A DNA stretch of 10,561 bases, from positions 1-10,561 of the forward strand of contig JBBQPO010000218.1 in NCBI GenBank assembly GCA_038217285.1. Direction: 5' to 3'. Source of the stretch: Chthonomonadales bacterium (lineage in GTDB: Bacteria > Armatimonadota > Chthonomonadetes > Chthonomonadales > Chthonomonadaceae). This document shows positions 1-6,245 of this stretch, piece after piece. The position numbers and the translations under genes were made by a program. Position 1 is the first letter of the stretch, and each line of letters begins with the position of its first letter. A model generated the notes under the pieces. The model saw nothing but the letters and a program-made list of their open reading frames with translations, was not told where the DNA came from and searched no databases.

Positions 1-1533
1 ATCTTCGACTATGACGGCGACGGCCTGCCGGACCTGTACCTTCTCAATGGCCGTGATCTGTACGGCCGAGGCATCCGAACGCGCAACACGCTCTATCACA
101 ATAACGGCGACGGCACTTTTACCGATGTCACCGACAAGGCCTGCGTACCGGGAACCGATTACGGCCTGGGCGTGGCCGTCGCCGATTTCGACAACGATGG
201 CCGGCCGGACCTCTATATCTGCCAGTATGGCAAAAATGTGCTCTACCACAACAACGGCGACGGCACCTTCACGGATGTGACCGAGAAGGCAGGGGTGGGC
301 GGAACGGACTTTGGAGGCGCCTTCCATACCGGGGTCGCCTGGCTGGACTACGACGGCGACGGCTACCTCGATCTGTTTGTCTGTGGCTATGTGAACTTTC
401 AACGGGACGGCCCCCGCTCTCGATTGTACTGCAGGCTCGCCAACGGCGTTCTGAGCAACTGTCCTCCCTCCATGTACGACGGCACACCGAGTATTCTTTA
501 CCACAACAATCGTGACGGTACCTTCACGAACGTCACCAAGCAAGCCCACGTCTATTTTCCGAACGGGAAGGCGCTCTCCGCGATTACCGGTGACTTCGAT
601 GACGACGGTCGGACCGATCTAATCGTCGGCAACGATGGAGAGGAGGCATGGCTGCTCCACAACACCGGCAGAGGCACGTTTACCAATATCGCTTCCGCTG
701 CGGGCATCGCTTTTGCCGAGGACGGCGCAACGATGGCGGCCATGGGGATCGATCTGGGCGACTATCGCAACGAAGGTCTGCCGGGCCTCTTTATCGCCGA
801 CTTCTCCAAGCGGCCCCACCATCTCTGGCGTGGAATGCCGGGCGGCATTTTCGCGGAAGTCTCGACGCCTTCGCATATCGCGGACCTGACCTTTGCCTAT
901 CTCGGCTTTGGCGGCGGCTTTCTGGATTACGATAACGATGGCTGGCTCGATCTTTTCGAGGCGAACGGGCATGTCTATCCCGAAGTCGATCAGTCGAATA
1001 CGGACGAACACTATCTCCAGACCAATCAACTCTTTCACAATGAGCACGACGGCACGTTTCGCGAGACGACGCAGCAGGCCGGCCCGGCGCTGCAGGTCAA
1101 GCACGCGGGCAGAGGCGTCGCCTTCGGCGACATAGATAACGATGGCGCAATGGACATTCTGATCAACAATAACGACGGACCTCCCCTCCTCCTGCACAAC
1201 CGCGGCACGCCTGGCAGCCATTTCGTCATGTTCCGTCTGGAAGGCACACGCTCGAACCGCGATGCGATCGGCGCGCGGGTCCGGCTCTCTGCGGGCGGTC
1301 TGCACCAGAGGCGCGATGTCAAGAGTGGCGGGAGTTACCTGTCGTCCAGCGATCCGCGCCTTCACTTCGGACTTGGCAAGGCGGCCACTGTCGACCGCGT
1401 CGAAGTCCGCTGGCCGTCGGGTCTACGTCAAACGTTTGGTCCTCTGCCCGCCGACCGGTTCTATCTGCTCCGCGAAGGCGCCGCCGCCCCGAAGCCGCAG
1501 ACGTTCGCCCCACCGCGTTCAGGGAGACAGTGA
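1..1533 (+). CDS. CRTAC1-family protein (FG-GAP/VCBS repeats plus C-terminal ASPIC/UnbV domain), 5'-partial
   Basis: Frame +1 is open from base 1 (IFDYDGDGLPDLYLLNG...LYHNNGDGTFTDVT), so the ORF-track start at 172 is internal. Multiple DxDxDGxxD Ca-binding motifs (DFDNDGRPD, DYDGDGYLD, DFDDDGRTD, DYDNDGWLD, DIDNDGAMD). The C-terminal SNRDAIGARV...GGSYLSSSDPRLHFGLG...VEVRWPSG is typical of ASPIC/UnbV. Stop TGA at 1531-1533. Confidence 0.93.
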   Translation: MFDYDGDGLPDLYLLNGRDLYGRGIRTRNTLYHNNGDGTFTDVTDKACVPGTDYGLGVAVADFDNDGRPDLYICQYGKNVLYHNNGDGTFTDVTEKAGVGGTDFGGAFHTGVAWLDYDGDGYLDLFVCGYVNFQRDGPRSRLYCRLANGVLSNCPPSMYDGTPSILYHNNRDGTFTNVTKQAHVYFPNGKALSAITGDFDDDGRTDLIVGNDGEEAWLLHNTGRGTFTNIASAAGIAFAEDGATMAAMGIDLGDYRNEGLPGLFIADFSKRPHHLWRGMPGGIFAEVSTPSHIADLTFAYLGFGGGFLDYDNDGWLDLFEANGHVYPEVDQSNTDEHYLQTNQLFHNEHDGTFRETTQQAGPALQVKHAGRGVAFGDIDNDGAMDILINNNDGPPLLLHNRGTPGSHFVMFRLEGTRSNRDAIGARVRLSAGGLHQRRDVKSGGSYLSSSDPRLHFGLGKAATVDRVEVRWPSGLRQTFGPLPADRFYLLREGAAAPKPQTFAPPRSGRQ

Positions 1534-3251
1534 TGAAGCCATCTACAAGGCGCAAACGACAAGGATTATCCGGACGTTGGCTCCGGCTTGCCTGGGCGCT
1601 GCTGATCCTGGGCTGCCTGCTGAACGGCTGTGGCCGGACAACGGCGCCTCCTCCGCCTTCTTCTGCCGCCCAGGTTCGCCCCGCCGCGCTCTTTGAGGAT
1701 CGGGCGGCGCAGGCAGGGCTGCAGTTTACGCTTGGCCATAACGGACGCAGCCCTTTGACAATTCTGGAGACGGTGGGGCATGGCTGCGCTTTTTTAGACT
1801 ACGATGGGGACGGCTGGCTGGATATTCTGCTGGTGGGGCCGAACAAGGTCGCGCTCTACCATAATAATCGGAACGGCACGTTTACGGATGTGACGGCCGA
1901 CAGTGGCCTGCGCCAGAAGGGCATCTGGCAGGGCGTGGCGACCGGAGACTACGATAATGACGGCAAGGTCGATCTCTATATCAGCGGGTATCGGGACGGC
2001 GCGCTCTACCACAACGAAGGCAACGGCAAGTTCCGCGAAGTCACCCGTCAGGCCGGACTGAAAACGGATCTCTGGGGTGCGAGCGCCTGTTTTGTCGATG
2101 TGGACAATGACGGCTTTCTGGATCTCTATGTGACCCACTATGTGAAGTACTTGCCGACCAGCGTGCAGTTCTGTCTTCAGACCGGCGTTAAAGCGGCGTG
2201 CGGTCCAACAGTCTACGATCCTGAGAAAGGCGCTCTCTATCATAATAATGCCAACGGCACTTTTACGGATGAGACGATCAAGAGAGGACTGGGAGATGCG
2301 CACGGCAACGCTCTGGGAGTGGCGGTCGCGGACTACGATGGAGACGGCTGGCCGGATATCGCCGTCGCCAACGATCAGATGCCCGGAGACCTCTACCATA
2401 ACAAAGGGCACGGCTCCTTCGAGAACGTCGGGCTCGTGGGAGGGACCGCCTACGATGCGGGCGGCAATGCCCATGCCGGTATGGGCATCGACTGGGCGGA
2501 CTACAGCGCGGAAAGCAAGTTCGCGCTGGTGGTGACGACCTATCAGCATCAACCTAAGAGTCTCTATGTCCAGACCTCGCCGGGCATGTTTGCGGACGTC
2601 TGCTATTCCGTCGGCATCGCGCAACCGACCCTCAACTATGTCGGATTTGGCGTCAAATTTTTTGATTACGACAATGACGGCTTGCAGGACCTCGTGATTG
2701 CCAACGGACATGCGGTCGATAATATCGCGAAGACGGATAGAACGACAGCCTATCCGCAACTGCCGCAACTGTTCCACAATAGCGGCGGCGGCAAACTGGA
2801 AGAGGTGACGGCAAACGCCGGGCCGCCATTTCAGCATCCCATTGTCGGGCGAGGTCTGGCCGTTGGCGACTATGACAACGACGGTCGTCTGGATATTCTG
2901 ATCGTAGACATCGAGGGACATCCGCTCCTACTGCACAATATGTGTCCAGCGCCGAACCACTGGCTTACCCTGAAACTGCAAGGCGTCCAGAGCAATCGCG
3001 ACGGAATCGGAGCCATGCTGCTCATCCAGGCGGGCGGGCGGACGTGGCAGCAGATGGTCACCACGGGAGGCAGCTTTATGTCGGCCGGCGATATACGCGT
3101 GCATCTGGGACTGGGGAAAGCGACACGGGCCGACCGTATCGAGATACGCTGGACAGGCGGCCAAAAGACCATCCTTAAAGATGTGGAAGGCGACCGATTT
3201 CTCACCATTGTCGAGGGACAGAGTCAGGCGTCTGCGCCAACCGGGAGGTGA
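1533..3251 (+). CDS. CRTAC1-family protein (FG-GAP repeats plus ASPIC/UnbV), probable lipoprotein
   Basis: ATG at 1533 overlaps the upstream TGA (TGATG); alternative GTG at 1530; SD-like AGGGAG at 1521-1526. Basic n-region, hydrophobic h-region and LLNG-C lipobox-like motif, then a Pro-rich linker. DYDGDGWLD, DYDNDGKVD, DVDNDGFLD, DYDGDGWPD, DYDNDGLQD and DYDNDGRLD repeats. C-terminal SNRDGIGA...GGSFMS...VHLGLG...IEIRWTGG. Confidence 0.93.
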   Translation: MKPSTRRKRQGLSGRWLRLAWALLILGCLLNGCGRTTAPPPPSSAAQVRPAALFEDRAAQAGLQFTLGHNGRSPLTILETVGHGCAFLDYDGDGWLDILLVGPNKVALYHNNRNGTFTDVTADSGLRQKGIWQGVATGDYDNDGKVDLYISGYRDGALYHNEGNGKFREVTRQAGLKTDLWGASACFVDVDNDGFLDLYVTHYVKYLPTSVQFCLQTGVKAACGPTVYDPEKGALYHNNANGTFTDETIKRGLGDAHGNALGVAVADYDGDGWPDIAVANDQMPGDLYHNKGHGSFENVGLVGGTAYDAGGNAHAGMGIDWADYSAESKFALVVTTYQHQPKSLYVQTSPGMFADVCYSVGIAQPTLNYVGFGVKFFDYDNDGLQDLVIANGHAVDNIAKTDRTTAYPQLPQLFHNSGGGKLEEVTANAGPPFQHPIVGRGLAVGDYDNDGRLDILIVDIEGHPLLLHNMCPAPNHWLTLKLQGVQSNRDGIGAMLLIQAGGRTWQQMVTTGGSFMSAGDIRVHLGLGKATRADRIEIRWTGGQKTILKDVEGDRFLTIVEGQSQASAPTGR

Positions 3252-3254
3252 ACG

Positions 3255-4724
3255 GTGAAAAAAGAGAGCAGAGGAACGATCTTGCGCTGGGCCCTAGTTT
3301 TCGCCGCCTGTCTGGGCATCGCGCTTCCGTTGGCGCGCTGGGGCGCGGCGCGGTCGGAAACGCAGTTCCGTGCCCATCTTCAGAAGGCGTCTACGCAGGA
3401 TCTGCAGGAGCTTGCGCGGAAACGTGATTGGGACCCTCTCGTCTTCTACTGGCTGGGAATGCGGCAGAAGGCACACGGAGACCATGAAGCCGCGATCCAT
3501 TCTCTGGCGCATGCAGTCCTTCTGAACCCGAAATCGTTGGAGACGCGCGCGGCGCTGGAGGCGGAGCGGCAGGAGGGTTACAATGCCCATCTTCGGGACG
3601 CGGGCCTTCCGGAACTAATGGCGATCGCGGCCCGACGCGGCAATGACCCGGTCATCTGGTACTGGCTGGGAACACGCCTGACCGCTGAGGGCCGGCACAA
3701 GCAGGCCGTTCAGGCCCTCTCCCGCTCGGTGGAGCTCAATCCGAAGTCTGCGGTGGCGCATGCCGCCCTGGGACTGGTGCTGGCGCGGACCGATCAGCCG
3801 CAGCCGGCGGAAGAGGAGTTAAGGCAGGCGCTGGCCCTCAGCCCACAGTTGCAGTTCGCCCACTTTGCTCTGGGCAATCTCTACGGAAAATACAATCGCT
3901 GGGAGCAGGCTGAGACGGAGTTGAAGGCGGCTTCAGAAGAGAACCCGGACGACCTGGAGGCGAACTACCTGCTGGCAACTTGTTATGGCAACCTCTTCCA
4001 GGAGGATCTCAAAATGGAAGTGCTGGAGAGACTGGTCAAGCGTGCACCCAACGATATTCGCTTTGAGAAGTCACTGGGATATGTCTATCTGTTCTTTGGC
4101 AAGTTCGTGCAGGCGGAGGCGACCTACCGGCATATTTTGAGTCAGGCTCCTGAAGATCAGGAGACGCACTATCTGCTCGGACGCGCGCTGGCGGAGCAAG
4201 CAGGCAGCCCGGAAGCCTTCGCCGTTGCGGAGCATGAGTTAAAGGGCGTAGCGGCCAGCGCACCGGACAGGCCCGGGACCTTCTTGGCGCTTGGAATTCT
4301 CTACTTCCGGAAGAACGAGCCGGCGCGAGCCGTGCCGGAGTTGGAGCGCGCCATTCGACAGGGAATCATGGAGCAGAAGACCTGGCTCTATCTGGGACAG
4401 TCTTACATGCGGTTGGGGCGTATCGCCGAGGGGAAGCGAACGCTGGACAAGTTCCAGCATGATGCCGGCGTCAAGCGGACGGTAACGCAGTTGGAGAACC
4501 GCCTGCTCAACACTCCCGGCGATACCGACGTCCGCCTGCGCCTGATCCATATCTCTATGGACGATCACAAGTATAGCCGCGCGCTTAATCATCTGAGTCT
4601 CTTACTGGAGCAGAAGAAGAACGACGCGGTAGCCCTGAAACTGATGCGGTTATGCCAGGCGCATATTGCCGCCGACAAGGCCAAAAACGCTTCTCGGGAG
4701 AAGAAGAACGAACAGGAGTTTTGA
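3255..4724 (+). CDS. Tetratricopeptide-repeat protein with N-terminal signal/TM anchor
   Basis: GTG start 3 nt after the previous stop, with GGGAGG at 3243-3248. N-terminal hydrophobic segment (ILRWALVFAACLGIALPL). Repeated TPR-like units (YWLG...A...LNPKS, AHAALG...ALALSP, AHFALG...ENPDD, ANYLLA, HYLLG, WLYLG). Confidence 0.9.
   Translation: MKKESRGTILRWALVFAACLGIALPLARWGAARSETQFRAHLQKASTQDLQELARKRDWDPLVFYWLGMRQKAHGDHEAAIHSLAHAVLLNPKSLETRAALEAERQEGYNAHLRDAGLPELMAIAARRGNDPVIWYWLGTRLTAEGRHKQAVQALSRSVELNPKSAVAHAALGLVLARTDQPQPAEEELRQALALSPQLQFAHFALGNLYGKYNRWEQAETELKAASEENPDDLEANYLLATCYGNLFQEDLKMEVLERLVKRAPNDIRFEKSLGYVYLFFGKFVQAEATYRHILSQAPEDQETHYLLGRALAEQAGSPEAFAVAEHELKGVAASAPDRPGTFLALGILYFRKNEPARAVPELERAIRQGIMEQKTWLYLGQSYMRLGRIAEGKRTLDKFQHDAGVKRTVTQLENRLLNTPGDTDVRLRLIHISMDDHKYSRALNHLSLLLEQKKNDAVALKLMRLCQAHIAADKAKNASREKKNEQEF
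3366..3773 (+). repeat. Internal tandem duplication (213 nt / 71 codons) in the TPR gene
   Basis: GCCCATCTTC at 3372 and 3585, and TACTGGCTGGGAA at 3447 and 3660, are both offset by 213 nt. The protein units FRAHL...DPLVFYWLG...LNPKS...RAAL and YNAHL...DPVIWYWLG...LNPKS...HAAL align without gaps. Confidence 0.8.
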
Positions 4725-4732
4725 GGAGCGGT

Positions 4733-4763
4733 TCGCTCCTCCCTCCGGGCGAGGGAGGAGCGA
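4733..4763. terminator. Perfect 13-bp GC-rich hairpin between convergent genes; putative bidirectional terminator or REP-like element
   Basis: TCGCTCCTCCCTC (4733-4745), loop CGGGC, GAGGGAGGAGCGA (4751-4763). It lies between the TPR stop (4724) and the prepilin stop (4779). No U-tract on either strand. Confidence 0.55.
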
Positions 4764-4778
4764 GGGGGTTAACGTGCG

Positions 4779-5573
4779 TTAAGGAATTTGATTGCCGGGG
4801 ATGTCCACCGTGACTTTGCCGCAGCCCGACACATTTGTCAGGGGCGAACCGTCTGGGACCGGATTCCAGGCGGCCCAGAGTGAGCCGTCCGTCTTGCTCC
4901 AGTCATAGCCGGGGAACTTCTTTAGTCCGGCGTTGGTCGAGTGGCCTCCTGCAGAGGTGCCTTGCTTGGTGCCGCTCTCATAGGCGGTGCCTTTGACATG
5001 TCCGTCCGCATAGAGGAAGTTGCCCTGTCTGTTGTGACGCCAGGCGGTTTCGCTCTCGGCATCGTTCACGGAACACCAGTTCCAGATCGTTTTGTCGTTC
5101 TGAGAGCAGTTGTCGCGCTCGGTAAGGTAGATCGTATTCGCGGGTTTGGGAATGGCCGCCAGGGTTGGCGGGGGCGCATTGTTGGGGCACCAGTTTCCGC
5201 CCATGTTACCGGGCATGGAAAAGGAGCGAACGGCGCCTGCCGTGCCTGCCGTGAGGTCGCTGGGACATCCGGACACGAAGTTGTTCTTGACGTAGGGTTG
5301 AATAAGGCGGTCCCAGGACAGGTCGAAACCCTGCGAGTCCCGATTTGTCACAGATACGTTGCCGGTATGCCAGGGCACGAGTTGCTCGTCATAGTCCTGG
5401 GCATACATCAGTAATCCGATTCCCATCTGTTTGAGGTTGGAGACACAGGAGATCTTTCGGGCCTGTTCTCGTGCCTGTGCAAAAACGGGAAACAGAATGG
5501 CGGCCAGAATCGCGATAATGGCGATTACGACCAGAAGTTCTATCAGGGTAAAACCTTTTTTCTTGCAGTTCAT
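4779..5573 (-). CDS. Prepilin-type N-terminal cleavage/methylation protein, DUF1559 (SBP_bac_10)-like, with H-X9-DG motif
   Basis: [44 protein letters not shown]....MYAQDYDE is the canonical type IV pilin-like leader of this family. C-terminal [13 protein letters not shown] is H-X9-DG. SD AAGGAG upstream (5581-5586 on -). Confidence 0.93.
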   Translation of the reverse strand: MNCKKKGFTLIELLVVIAIIAILAAILFPVFAQAREQARKISCVSNLKQMGIGLLMYAQDYDEQLVPWHTGNVSVTNRDSQGFDLSWDRLIQPYVKNNFVSGCPSDLTAGTAGAVRSFSMPGNMGGNWCPNNAPPPTLAAIPKPANTIYLTERDNCSQNDKTIWNWCSVNDAESETAWRHNRQGNFLYADGHVKGTAYESGTKQGTSAGGHSTNAGLKKFPGYDWSKTDGSLWAAWNPVPDGSPLTNVSGCGKVTVDIPGNQIP

Positions 5574-5629
5574 TGCAGCTCTCCTTACGACCCGTGGGTC
5601 GTCTGGTCAACGTAACTTTGCAGAATGTC

Positions 5630-5851
5630 TTATTTGCCCTGGCCTATATCAGGCGGCGGTTTTGAGCCGGGTTCAGCCCCTGAGTAGCCGGCTTTACTGG
5701 CCTGGTCCGACGTCAATGCGGCAGGATGTCCGGCACCGGCGCCCGGGTAGCTGGGCTTGTCGAAGTTGGAATGCCAGAGGAAAAACCCTACTCCGGCCAG
5801 TGCACAGACAACGACGGCGATGACAACGCCCGGATGCATCTCTTTTTTCAT
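5630..5851 (-). CDS. Small single-pass membrane protein (73 aa), probably co-transcribed with the prepilin gene
   Basis: ATG preceded by SD-like AAAGGGGG. N-terminal MKKEMHPGVVIAVVVCALAGVGFFLW TM helix followed by a Pro/Gly/Ala-rich tail. Same strand as, and 56 nt upstream of, the prepilin gene. Confidence 0.75.
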   Translation of the reverse strand: MKKEMHPGVVIAVVVCALAGVGFFLWHSNFDKPSYPGAGAGHPAALTSDQASKAGYSGAEPGSKPPPDIGQGK

Positions 5852-5923
5852 TTTTTACCCCCTTTCTATTTTCCCTTTCTGACTAGATCATGGAGACATT
5901 TGCTTGCCAGCATAATCACGCGT

Positions 5924-5952
5924 AGTATACCATAAACCCTGATCGAAAACAA
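5924..5952 (-). promoter_or_regulatory. Putative sigma70 promoter for the small-protein/prepilin operon
   Basis: On the - strand: TTGTTT (5952-5947), 17-nt spacer, TATACT (5929-5924), with an extended -10 TG (TGGTATACT). Confidence 0.6.
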
Positions 5953-6065
5953 CAGCAGATGCTATATTTACGCCACAGAAATCATTTCCTGCGCTATAGG
6001 AATCGTGCTGTGTGCCACAGAACCCGCATCCGGAACAAACTGCCATCGCGCATAGATGCGCAACG

Positions 6066-6116
6066 AAATGGAACACACTCAAATGAAACACTCCCTTCTC
6101 GTTTTGTGGGTATAAT
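6066..6116 (+). promoter_or_regulatory. Putative promoter of the ankyrin gene: perfect -10 with tandem direct repeats over the -35 region
   Basis: TATAAT at 6111-6116 with no consensus -35. AAATGGAACACACTC (6066-6080) is directly followed by AAATGAAACACTC (6081-6093). Confidence 0.5.
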
Positions 6117-6118
6117 GA

Positions 6119-6245
6119 GGGTGCGCGTGTAGGGCGCACCCGTGTCCGCGGGCAGGGCCGAGCCCACCTTCACCTTCGATTTGTTTACCACTACCTTCTT
6201 TCTGCCTGGCAGAGCGGACAACAGGCGCTAGGAAAGGAGGTCGTT
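6119..6245 (+). ncRNA. Candidate structured cis-regulatory 5' leader RNA (SD-sequestering hairpin plus possible pseudoknot)
   Basis: GGGTGCGC/GCGCACCC hairpin (6119-6141). TGTCCGC (6143-6149) is complementary to GCGGACA (6214-6220). ACCTTCTTTCT (6193-6203) pairs with GGAAAGGAGGT (6231-6241, includes the SD). GCCTG (6204-6208) pairs with CAGGC (6222-6226). Confidence 0.55.

Noticed and set aside
172-1533. ORF-track start at 172 for the first CRTAC1 protein
   Set aside because: The frame is open to base 1 and encodes further FG-GAP sequence; the real start is outside the window.
85-2890. Recurrent DNA words such as CTCTACCACAAC and GACTACGACGGCGACGG as a possible CRISPR or DNA repeat array
   Set aside because: They are degenerate, irregularly spaced and in frame; they are explained by FG-GAP protein repeats.
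619-2921. Long antisense ORFs (619-1365, 248 aa; 1794-2921, 375 aa)
   Set aside because: They are shadow frames of GC3-biased FG-GAP genes (Asp/Asn codons read as Val/Ile on the opposite strand) with no recognisable motifs.
5852-6118. Low-GC stretch as a sign of horizontal transfer or an insertion
   Set aside because: It is short and coincides with divergent promoters; there is no integrase, transposase, terminal repeat or target duplication.
6201-6213. TCTGCC-T-GGCAGA palindrome as a stand-alone terminator
   Set aside because: The loop is too small for full pairing, there is no downstream U-tract, and it is embedded in the larger leader structure.
5888-6221. Small ORFs in the divergent intergenic region (5888-6139, 5994-6221, 5726-5935)
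   Set aside because: No convincing SD and atypical codon usage; they overlap the predicted promoters and leader RNA.
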